From contig NC_083428.1 of assembly GCF_020745735.1 (NCBI RefSeq), positions 18,414,001 through 18,478,000 of the forward strand: a stretch of 64,000 bases of DNA, given 5' to 3'. The DNA is from Hemiscyllium ocellatum (Eukaryota). Each line of letters begins with the position of its first letter. Position 1 is the stretch's first letter. Under the pieces are notes generated by a model. The model had not been told where the DNA came from and searched no databases. It saw nothing but the letters and a program-made list of their open reading frames with translations. A program made the position numbers and the translations under genes. Below, piece after piece: positions 52,861-64,000 of the stretch.

Positions 52861-53489
52861 TGAAAGGAAACCAGCCATCCAGGGATGCCACAGTTTGATA
52901 GGTGAAGCTATAATTCATTTAATAAGTAAAGTTTGTTAAGATAAATGCTGACTTTCCATTTCTAGATTATAACAACTTAAATTTCTGCTGGTATTTCAAC
53001 TCTCTTGAGCCCTTGTCTCAATGGGTTTCCTAATAGTATCAAACCAAAGTATTTGAAAAAGAAGCAACTACCATGGATTGCCAGGCAGGAATGTACAGAC
53101 AGAAAAGTAACATCTCTCTTTGGTAATATGATCAAAAAGTCCTCTCCCTAAAAGTTACTACAACAGCAGATTACAATAATATTAAAAAGATCAGAAATGC
53201 TTAAATAAGTTCATGGTTCTTCAGAAGAATTATGATAATAATGTGTTGTGCTTTACAAGGCTCTGCATGATACAAGCATGCCAAGTTAACTATCAGCAAA
53301 AATCTTAAATGCACATCTGCCAATATGTCATAAGTCATATCGACAGGCACTGTCATAGCCATCAAGCAAATGGAAAATTTTCAATCGCTGTTTAAAAAGA
53401 GCACAAATGGCTTCTGCAATCGGTTGTGATGGCTTAAAAGAATTGAGCTGTAAACTGCCTCATCAACATGCCAGCATTGCAACCTCATT

Positions 53490-55640
53490 GTGTCAAGGGT
53501 GTAGATTTGCTCGCTGAGCTGTAGGTTTGATATCCATATGTTTCATTACCTGGCTAGGTAACATCAGTGGTGACCTCCAAGTGAAGCAAAGCTGTTGTCT
53601 CCTACTTTCTATTTATATCTTTCTCCTGGATGGGGTTCCTGGGGTTTGTGGTGATGTCATTTCCTGTTCATTTTCTGAGGGGTTGATAGATGGCATCCAG
53701 ATCTGTGTGTTTTTTGTGGCGTTGTGGTTGGAGTGCCAGGCCTCTAGGAATTCTCTGGCATGTCTTTGCTTAGCCTGTCCCAGGAAAGATGTGTTGTCCC
53801 AGTTGAAATGGTGGGTTTTTTCATCCGTGTGGAGGGCTACAAGGGAGAGAGGGTTGTGTTTTTTGTGGCTATCTGGTGTTCGTGTATCCTGGTGGCTAAC
53901 TTTCTTCCTGTTTGTCCTATGTAGTGTTTATGGCAGTCCTTGCATGGAATTTTGTAGATGACGTTGGTTTTGTCCATGGGTTGTACTGGGTCTTTTAAGT
54001 TTGTTAGTTTTTCTTGGAGAGTGTTGATGGGTTTGTGCGCTACTAGGATTCCGAGGGGGTCTTAGTAGTCTGGCTGTCATTTCTGAAACGTCTTTGATGA
54101 ATGGTAAGGTGGTTAGGGTTTCTGGCTGTGTTTGATCTGCTTGTCATGGTTTGTTCTTGAGGAATCTGTGCACTGTATCCGTTCTTCTTGAATATGTTGC
54201 ATAGGTGGTTCTCCTCTGTTTTCCAAAGTTCGTCTGTGCTGCAGTGTATGGTGGCTCATTGGAATAGTGTTCTGATACAGCTTTGTTTGTGTGTGTTGGG
54301 ATGGTTGCTGGTGTAGGTAAGCATTTGGTCAGTGTTTGTCCATTTTCTGTATACGCAGGTTTGTAGTTCTCCGTTGTCCTTTCTTTCGACTGTGACGTCC
54401 AGGAATGTGAGTTTGTTGTTGGTTTCTTCCGCCTTGGTGAACTTTATGCCTGTGAGGGTGTTGTTGTTGATGTTAAATGTCTCTTCTATCTTGTTTCGTT
54501 TTGTGATGACAAAGGTGTCATCTACGTAGCAGACCCAGACTTTTGGTTTGATGGTTGGTAGGGCTGTTTGTTCTAGTCTTTGCATTACTGCTTCTGCTAT
54601 GAATCCTGATAGCGGAGATCCCATGGGTATGCCATTGGTTTGTTTGTAGACTATGTTGTTGAAAGTGAAGTGGATGGTGAGGCACAGGTCCACTAGCTTC
54701 ATGATGTTATCGTTGGTAATGTGATTGATGGTGGTTGGCGTGTGTGTGATGGTTTCTTCTAAAAGTGTGGTAAGTGTTTCCTTTGCCAGGTCGATGTTGA
54801 TGGAGGTGAACAGTGCTGTTACGACGAATGAGATCATTGCTTCATCTTCCTCTATTTTGGTGTTTTTGATGATTTTTAGGAATTCCTGGGTAGAGTGGAT
54901 GGAGTGCTGTGACTCTTCTACTAGGTATTTCAGTCTTGCGTGTAGTTCTTTGACCAGTCTGTAATTTGCTGTTCCGGGTAGTGAGACTATAGGTCTGAGG
55001 GGGGCTCCTGGTTTATGGATTTTTGGTAGTCCATAGAATCGTGGGGTGTTGGTCCCGTCGGGTTTCATTTTTTGGAATTCTGTCTTGTTTAATTGTCCGG
55101 AATTGTGTAATTTTCTTAGGAGATACGTAATTTTGTTTCCTAGTTGTGGGGTCGGATCTAGTGCCACCTGTTGATTGGTGTTGGTGTCTGCAAGTAGTGC
55201 ATTGGCTTTCTCTAAGTCGTCCCTTCTGTTTAGGATGACTGTGAGCCGACCTTTGTCTGCAGGTAATATAACGATATTTTTGTCTTTTTTGAGGTTTTCT
55301 AGGGCGTTCTTTTCTTGTGTGTTCAGTTTGTTTCCTTCCCTCTTTTGGCTCAGAGTAGGTGCAACTGTCTGTCTAATCGTTTGTTGTGTTTCTTCAGTGA
55401 ATTTCTTCAATGTGGTTTCTAATGCTGCTAGGAAATCCTGCTGGTCAGCGTCTCAGTAATTGAAATTTAATCCTTTCACTAGCACCGCTTTTTCTGTGTC
55501 TGATAGGGTCCAGTCTGATAAGTTCTTTATCCATGCCCCAGTGTTATCGGTTTTGTCTTTTTTTGTACGTTCGTCAAGTTTTTTCTTCAGGTCCCGATTT
55601 TTCTTTATCTGTGTTTATCTCATTGTTGTATTTGAAAATT
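53490..55640 (-). mobile_element. Penelope-like retroelement (RT + GIY-YIG endonuclease), inactive
   Basis: ORF 54256-55410: FYGLPKIHK, LRPIV, GIPMGSPLS, YVDDTF; downstream frame NVIYKIPCKDCHKHYIGQTGRKLATRIHE (GIY-YIG) at ~53880-53965; stop and frameshifts between; degenerate hammerhead at ~53538-53568. Confidence 0.93.
54256..55410 (-). pseudogene. Penelope reverse transcriptase ORF (truncated by TGA)
   Basis: 384-aa ORF with PLE-type RT motifs. Confidence 0.9.
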
Positions 55641-55879
55641 TCCAATAAGTTTTTAAAATTAGGCTGTTACTGATTAAAGTGCAAACAGTCTAGTTAGCAA
55701 TTTTTAAAATCTTTTAATCTGAAAGAAAACTAAGAAACTGATGACTTAATTGCTCAGATTCGTCCATTACCAGTCTCTTCTTCCTATTTTAAATCCCTTG
55801 CAATTTAATACTGACAACATAAAGAAAGTTTCATTTTCTGCTCAAGTAATTAATGTACTCCAAAAACAATGGGTCTATG

Positions 55880-56212
55880 CTGTGGCACAGCGATTGGCAC
55901 TGCTTGCTCAGAGTACAAGACACCTGGGTTCAATTCCAGCCTTGACTGACTGCTGGTGTGGAGTTCGAACAGTCTCCCCATGTTTACACAGGTTTCCGCT
56001 TGGTGTTCCGGTTTCCTCCCACAGTCCAAAAACATGCAAGGTTTGGTGGATTGGCCGTGCTAAAAATTGCCCTGTAGTGTCCAGGCAGGTGTAGGCTAGG
56101 TGGATTAGCTGCAGTCAATGTAGGGTTACAGGGATAGTGAGGGATGCTCTTCGAAGGGTCAGTGCACACTCGCTGGGCCAAATGGCTTCTATCTGCACAG
56201 AAGGGATTCGAT
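55880..56212 (+). mobile_element. HE1-type V-SINE variant
   Basis: Head, V-domain, tail. Confidence 0.85.
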
Positions 56213-58712
56213 GAACTAATTTCTTAAAAAAAAGTACTTTTTTCCAAATTGATACTGCCTTTAACATTTATGTTTATATTCTCTTTGTAAATCATTTCAA
56301 ATATTGTTGCTATTTTGTAACTTATTACTTTGCAATTTCCTCCAATAATTACCATATACTTCCTCTGCAAAATTTGCAAAGATTTGTAATATCATTTGTT
56401 TTAATGAGATCTGCACACCTATCCATTGCAACAAATGATTAAACAGAGGCACAGAATTAACATTTATGTGAATAGTAAATTGTTAAGTGTAAATATTTTT
56501 GGTGAATGGAAAATAATTGGCAAATGAAGATCAAAATGGGAAAATGTGAACTTATTCACTTTCCCAGGTGAAACAGAAAACTAGCACAATACTTAAATGT
56601 AGAGAGACTGCAGTACAATGTGGTTTCTGGTGATCTGGGTGCCCAGGTACATGAATCAAAAAAATAAGTAAATGGATAAGAAGGCAAATAGAAATCTGGC
56701 CCTTATTGTTAGAGGCACGAAGTACACAAGTAGGCAAGTTTTATTACATCATCTACTACATCAGAATATTCATTGGAGCAATGCTTCCTTTGCTTTGAAT
56801 TTAAAGCTACAACAAATTCTGAGTCTTCATCAAGAGTTTTATCAGTTTCTTTAGTCAATGCTGCTCTTTGTTCCACCTGGTGGTAGTATTTAGTATCATC
56901 AGAAATTTCATGAATTGCGTCTACACAAGTTTAACTAAAATTGCATTCAAACTGCATTTCTAAATTGTTGTATGGTTGTAAAGTAGGAAATTTATTTTCT
57001 CCTCAAATCTCTTTTTTTCTCCTGTTTGCACTTAGAGATGGCGAGTCATTGTGGTGTGCAGTCGTCTACAGAAGGAAATCTCACAACCTTTCCACTAGAA
57101 TTGAATGTAAGCAATTAAGTCATGCTCTGATCAGTTACTTTGACAGAGTTTCAAAAAGCTATTAATTCACCCATGCAGTTAACATAGCCAAAGCAATGAG
57201 TTGAAGCCTTGGTCAATACTTCTCCACGATCTCTGGGCACCAAAATCAACTTCAACATTTCCACTATAAGCCTGGCTGGAAATATATTAACTTGTTGTTT
57301 GCGTGATTTGAAATAAAATATTAAAAGTTATGGATAAATTTCTAGGCTTAACCGAACTTATGAACTGGACTAGAAATTTTAATTCTAGCTGGGCATGCAA
57401 ACTAGCTGGGCCAGAGTTTATGCTAGGTGTGATAAATTAATCAATAAAGTTACTTCATCAAGTTACAGATAAAATTTGCATTAATCCCTTCACTTTAAGT
57501 ATTTGGTTTTAGGCTCAATTTCTGCAGGGGTCCAGGTTTTGTAGAAAATCAGCTAGGACTGGAAATTAAGACATGAATAAGGATCTTAGCAACAGATGGG
57601 CTGCAACAGGGGTGAAGTTAGGTAATGTTACAAAGGCGTTGCTGGGAAGAGCAAGGGGAGTTGGTGGCTTGGAAATGAAGTTGGGAGTATGGACAATAAA
57701 CAATGGTTTTAATCTTAATATTTAATTAGAAGATTTCTTTTTCTTATTTCGCATTGAATACCAGTTAAGCAGTGAGATAATTTAGAGACAGTGGAGGAAC
57801 CTTGAGAACTGCTGCGGTAACGTTAGACTAACACTCTGCATTTAGATGATACCGAAGGGTAGGACATAATCAAAAAGATGAGAGAGCCACTTGACCGGAA
57901 GAGATGATGCGGCACCAGGAAAGGAGGTCATTGCAAGAGTTTATCTGTGACAATTAGATATGAATGGAACCAGGTGAGAATAGCATGCCACAGTTGGACA
58001 GCGTGGAGAGGTGGAGGAAGATGGCATGGTCAATTGTGTCAAAAGATGCAGACAGGTTAAAAATGACAAGGATAGTTCACTTTACATAGACGCAATTTGT
58101 GACTTTGAGAGAAAAGGGAAGGATGATAACGCACAAAGACTATGGGGTCAAGGGTTGGCTTTTGGAGGAAAGAAGTAATGACAGAATTAAACCACAAAAT
58201 TTTTTTCAAGTCAGTTTCCCTTGGATTTACAGAAGCAAAGATTAGGGTCACATTAGCAAAACCTGCCAGTGAGAAGTAATAATGATTTTACTAGGGATGA
58301 GAACAAAGGTGAAGGGGAGGTGAGAGCATAGTCCAGCAATATTCAAATAATAGATACACAGATCTAATGAGGATGGTTAGATCTCTTGAAATAAATCTAA
58401 TGTTCTTGCTCATGGTAAAAATAAGACCTGTATCAAAGTACTGAAATCACAGAAGGTTATATCTTAAAGAACTATACATACAGAAAAGCACGCAAACTAC
58501 TCCAAGCAACAGTTTTTCAGGTAATGAGGAGAAGAAAGCCAGTGCAGTAGTTTATGAATTATTCATGACAAGTCCAATATTTCTGATATCTCATGAAGGA
58601 TGCTTCATAAGGAGATTAATGAAATCTATCAACTTTGAAATGAATAGTGTGAAACACTGGATGGAATATTAACATCCTGATTTTCTCAGATGAAATTATA
58701 GTATGATTTTAG

Positions 58713-58930
58713 AGGAGAAAGTGAGGTCTGCAGACGCTGGAGATCAGAGCTGAAAATGCGTTGCTGGAAAAGCGCAGCAGGTCAGGCAGCATCCAAGGAA
58801 CAGGAAATTCGACATTTCGGGCATAAGCCCTTCTTCAGGAATGAAGAAGGGCGTATGCCCGAAACGTCGAATTTCCTGTTCCTTGGATACTGCCTGACCT
58901 GCTGCGCTTTTCCAGCAACACATTTTCAGC
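58713..58930. mobile_element. Young fold-back Penelope-derived element with two opposed hammerhead motifs
   Basis: 89-bp arms 58749-58837 / 58842-58930, GGAA loop; perfect 16-bp TSD TATAGTATGATTTTAG (58697-58712 / 58931-58946). Confidence 0.92.
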
Positions 58931-60681
58931 TATAGTATGATTTTAGCCAAGACAACAGTGTTCTTACAGAAGTTAACATCAACTTTTCAGCAAAGCACAA
59001 ACTCCTAAAATTCTACCTGTTCAAAAAGGGGTTAGCTCAATGAAATGTAAATGCTACAAACGTCACCAATCATGATCTGATAAAATAGTTCTGATCATCA
59101 GTTTGTTCAAAATCAAATACTGCTCAGGAGTAAAATAACAAATAAACAGCACCAACATGTATGACATTCCTCCATTATATTTGCTGTGAAAGGCAAATAG
59201 ATTTTCTTTATTCATAAAGATGAGAATGTCATTGGTAGGTACTTGTTATCGATACATTAATTATTTGGGAAGGGAGAACCACTTCTTGAACCACTCTAGT
59301 CCTTGCAGTAAAAGTTATCAGCATATTTGTTTGGTAGATAATTCTAGGATTTTTATCCAACAATGAAGAAATAGCAATTGCAGAATAACATGGTGGTCAC
59401 TATGTTCCCACTGTTCTTGTCCTGGGTCATGAGTTTGAAAGATGCTGTCAGATAAGCCTTAGCAAGCTGCTTGAGTGCATCGCCTGGATCATACACTGTG
59501 CAATCACATGGTGTCAGTGAGTGGTTGGAGTGAATGGGATTCCACCGAAGTAGACGGTTTGATTTGAATAGTGTCAAGCTTCTTGCGTGTTGTTGCCGTT
59601 GTGCTCATCAAGGCTTACGCAGAGTACTCCATTACATTCCCGTGCCTTGTAAATGGTGGATAGGCTTGGAGGAGTCAGTTGGAGATATTTGCTGCAGAAT
59701 ACCCAGTCTCAGGCTCGTTCTTGTGGTCACAATATTTACACCACTCCTCTAGTTGTCTGCTCAATGGTATCCCCAAGGATGTTGATGGTGAGCAATCTCA
59801 CAATGGTAATAACATTCAATCTCACTGCCTTGTTGTAGTTGGTCATTGCTTGGCCTTTGAGTGATGCAGGTATAACTGGTTACATTTTTGGCCAAACCCA
59901 AACATAATTAGACCTTGCTGCAAGTGGACACAAGCTGGAAAGTTCAACTTTGTTTCTTTCTACACAGTTATTGCCCAAACCACTGATTTTTTTTTCCTTA
60001 TTAACTGAGTTTATTTTAAAGGACACTAAATCAAAGCTTAAACTGTTTATTCTGATTGATTTGGAACGTTTAAATACACTACTTAAAATGAGCAGATTTT
60101 CTTAGCATTCATCAAATTGCTGTTGTATGATCATTAGATGTAAAAAGTGGCAACCATGCATACCTATATAGGTCACTGCAATGCTCAACATTAAAAAGTA
60201 TGTAATTTTTCAGAAATTATTTAAAAGATTGACTGAAAAGTCTAGATCAATTAAGGCAGTTGGAATACCAGAAAGATAATTAATTGGCTGGTACTGATAA
60301 TGAAAAAGATTTACAGGTGCAGTTCAGAACTGAGAGAGAAATAGAGGAGTAAGATCACCAGTTACAGAATGACTGCAAGCTCCCAAAGACAGAGTTTTTA
60401 AACTGCTTCTATCTACCAACAGACATCAAATTGTATTTTGCTTACTTTGAAGAACTAAATTCAAGTTAGACATTTGACAATAGCCCTACCCACTGAATTA
60501 ATTTTTAAAACTCCAACTGTACAGTAGTGGGAAGACATACAGCCAAAGCTGTTTTAAATACAAACAGGATTTTACACCATATAATAGAATCACAGCATAG
60601 ATGTAAAGTGGTAACGTCATATATGAATTCAAAGCAATTAGGTGAGTAAATGTCACGTTAATCTTTACGATGGTTGGGGGT

Positions 60682-60708
60682 GGGGGGGGGGGGGGGGGGG
60701 GGGGGGGG
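60682..60708 (+). repeat. Poly-G tract (G27)
   Basis: Direct reading. Confidence 0.95.
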
Positions 60709-60924
60709 AGTGAAAAAAACAGGTCTGAACTGAAAGCATAACAAAATCTTACTGCAATAGGGGATAAATTTAAAAATCGCAACACCAGGTTTATTTGGAA
60801 GTACTAGCTTTCAGAATGCTGCTTCTTCATCAGATAGCTTGCTGGACGATAACCTGGTGTTATGTGATTTTTAAACTTTTTCTACCCCAGTCCAACACCA
60901 GCACCTCCACATCATGCAATCGGG

Positions 60925-61279
60925 AAGGCACTGGCTGAATGGTATTATTGCTACACAATTAATCCAGACACCCATGTCATGTTCTGGGCAGACTAGCTCG
61001 AATTTCATCTACAACAGAGGGTGATGTTTAAATTCAGTACAAAAATCTGGAATTAAGAGTCTAATGACAATCATGAAATAAATCATTGCTGATTGTCGGA
61101 AAAAAACCCATCTGGTTCACTAACATCCTTTAGGGAGGGAAACTGCCAACTTTACTTGGCCTGGCCTACATGTGACTCCAGACCCACAACAATGTGGTTG
61201 ACTCTTAACTGCCCATTAGGGATAGGCAATAAATATTGGCCTAGCCAGCAAAACTCACATCTCATGAATAAAAAAAAAA
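60925..61279 (+). mobile_element. tRNA-derived SINE with Meta-like core (other copies ~40800-41150 +, ~46280-46640 -)
   Basis: ctggttcactaacatcctttagggagggaaactgcc...cctacatgtgactccag...gactcttaactgccc core, poly-A tail. Confidence 0.6.
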
Positions 61280-61354
61280 TTGGAAGCCCCTTGTAGATCT
61301 GAATAAATGCAATATATAATTTTATTCTACTTATCAAAATAATACATTCCTGTG

Positions 61355-63980
61355 ATAGTCATATAGCATCAGTCCAACTAGTTCATGCCAATCATGTTCC
61401 CAAACCAAACTAGTCCTACTTGTTGTGCTAGAGCCCTATCAAAACCTTTCCTATTCATATACTTATCCAAGTGTTTTTTTAATATTGTAACTATACCTGC
61501 ATCCACCACTTCCTCTGGCTGTTCATTCCACACATGAATCATTCCCTGTATAAAAACGTTGCCCATGTCCTTTTTAAAATCTTCCTGCTCTCACTTTAAA
61601 AATATGCCCCCTATTTTTAAACTCCTTCATCCTGGGTAAAATACCTTTGCCTGCATGTTTTTTACATTTTTCATCTTCATCTTATCTGTTGTGGACCTAA
61701 TTCAGCCACTTAAGGTCAAGGGAGTGCAATAAAGACTCTCAAGACTGAGTATTAATAGGAGATGATTGTCCTTTAAGAGGATTGAAAGGATGAGTTTTCT
61801 AGTTTCTGGAGTTTAAAAGAATGAGGGTGATCATATAAAATCCTTAAAAGGCTTGACAGGGCAATTTTCCCTTCACTGGAGAGTCTAAGAATAGGCATCA
61901 GTTTCAGATTTATCCATTTAAGACTAAAGTTAAGAGAAATTTGTTCATAGGGTTGTAAATCTTAGAATTCCTAAACTCAAGTGTTGTGGAAACAAGTTAT
62001 TGAGTATGTTCAAGGCATCAAGGGATATGGGAATAGTGCAGGAATGTACAGTTGATGTAGCAGTTCAGCCAAGACTGCACTGAAGGACAGAATGGCCTTC
62101 TTCTGCTCCTATTACTTGTGTTTTATATACAGCTCATTAGTAAAGACAACAAATACAATGCAGCAGTGCAGTTTTGAATGCATTCTTTTAAGGGAAAGAT
62201 CAAGGAGAAGGAAATTGTGCAGACAACTTTCACCAAAATGATATCTGAAATGACAGGCTTTAGTTATAAAAGGAAAGTTAAGAATTTTTTAATTATATAC
62301 TCCAACAAAAAAAAACTGATAAAAGGTGTTTGAAGTTAAAAGCAGCTTTGACAGGATAATTTGGGAAATCCATGACTTGTTGCATGAATCAGTAACTTGG
62401 ATGTACAAATTAAAGAGCAACTCCAAAAGAATGACTGGAGAGGTTACCCAGATGGTTGTTAGGACACATAATATTCTACAAGCAACAGTATTGAAAGCAA
62501 TCGGTCTCCCTCCTGTTCTGTTTCAATTAAAAATGGATATGCTTCAAAAGTTTAATTTGTGTTTTCAAAATTTTAAAAAATGATTTAGAATGAGCAAAGA
62601 AACCATGTGCCCTGCACTGTATTTGTGCATTTCTCTCTATCTCATTGACCACACACAAGTGAAATTAGCTGTGGCCTGTTCTGTAACCTTCTGGAGTACA
62701 GTTATGGTCACCTAACGTAAGAAAGGATGTTTTGTATTGGAAGTATCAATTGATTTGTGGGATAAAAGTTTACCTTATGAGGAAAGGTTGAACAGGTTAG
62801 GCCCAAATCCACTGGAATTTAGAAGGAGCGGTGATCTTATTGAAACATTTAAAATCCTGAGGGCACTTGAAAGGGTGGATGTGGAGCAGGAAAAAAATGC
62901 TTCTTTTCCTTCCTCAAGGGTAGTATTTCATTCTCACTCACGTGTTTATTAGACGATGCAATTCATGTAGTAATAATACCTACTGTATTGTGTTGACACA
63001 GGATATTTAGGCTCAAATCAATCAGAATTCACTATCTCAGCAATTCTACGTCTTCTTGGATCCTACATAGTGATTCAAACTGTTTTCTCTCCTTTGCAGC
63101 CTTCCTCTCAAGCATCCTACCCTCCCCAGGCCCCTTAGACCCTCTTGTGGCCCTTATTCTCCCAATCTTACCCCTTGCATGGGGTAAAGCTTGTTAATAG
63201 AATTTAATGTGGGAAAATGTGACGTCATCCACTTTGACAGGATAACAGAAGATCTGAATATTATTTAAATTGGGTAAAAACTGCAGAAAGCTGTAGCATA
63301 GTGGGATTTGGGTATCTTCATCCACAAATCACATAAACCTAGCATCCCAAAGATCAGCATGCATTAAGAAAGAAAATGATCCCTTGACCATTATTTCAAG
63401 GGAATACAATATAAAAATAAAGATGTCTTGCTAAAACTATACAAGGCACTAGACAGACCATAACTGAAATAGTGCAGAGAGTTTTGGTCCACTTATCAAA
63501 GGAAAGAATATAGTGGCATTGGAGGTTGTCCAGAGCAGGTTCAACAGATTGATCCCAGGAATGTAGAGATTGTCTTAAAGGAGAGGTGAAGTAGGTTACC
63601 AATTAGCATTTAGAAGAATAAGAGGAGGCCTTATTGAAACATAAGATTCTTAGGGGCCTTGATAGGGTAAATGTGGAGAGGTTGTTTGCCCTTGTGGGAA
63701 AGTCTAGACCAGAGGCATAATCTTAGTGTAAGGAGTTTCCCATTTAAGACAGAGATGTGAAAGACTTTTCTCTCTCCAAGGGCAGTCAGCTTGTGAAACT
63801 CATTACCACAGAAGACTGGTCATCAAGTATATGCAAGGCTAAGACAGACAGATTTCTAATCAAAATAGAGCGTTATGAAGATAAGATAGAAAAGTGGAGT
63901 AGAGGATAATCAAATCAGCATGATCTCATTGAATGGCTCACTGGGTCAAATGGTCTACTTCTGCTCCTACATCTTATGTA
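61355..63980. mobile_element. Cluster of old CR1 fragments (61355-61630 -, 61730-62130 +, 62680-62890 +, 63190-63980 +)
   Basis: YEERLNRLG..LEFRR..GDLIETFKI and CR1 3' UTR phrases. Confidence 0.75.
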
Positions 63981-64000
63981 CATATTTGAATTCATTACTT

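Noticed and set aside
60498-60785. Poly-Pro / signal-peptide-like ORF (MTLPLYIYAVILLYG)
   Set aside because: Driven by the poly-G tract and AT-rich composition; weak splice context.
1-64000. CRISPR arrays, operons or prokaryotic defence systems
   Set aside because: The sequence is vertebrate repeat-rich DNA; repeats are dispersed, not regularly spaced arrays, and there are no dense ORFs.

Overview
Repeat-dense, AT-rich, non-genic-looking vertebrate DNA. It is almost certainly a shark (inferred from HE1-type V-SINEs with (AATCT)n tails and HER1/CR1 LINEs; carpet-shark-like) and looks like a large intron or gene desert. Most long ORFs are transposon relics: CR1 ORF2, Rex/Babar, L2, a degenerate Penelope RT+GIY-YIG element (53.5-55.6 kb) and a Harbinger transposase relic. 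Four things stand out. (i) At least five Penelope-derived repeat families carry a minimal hammerhead-ribozyme motif with family-specific but still paired stem II. (ii) Several of these are inserted as fold-back hairpins with 13-16 bp target-site duplications, and one folds back exactly at the ribozyme's ACGT palindrome. (iii) A perfect 121-bp inverted, locally templated insertion (21540-21660 = reverse complement of 22591-22711) preserves the empty pre-insertion site of a neighbouring SINE. (iv) There is a speculative chain of minus-strand candidate exons (signal peptide + ZP-N-like cysteine pattern) that I could not assign to any known gene. No host gene is confidently recognised; repeat boundaries are approximate unless TSDs are given.
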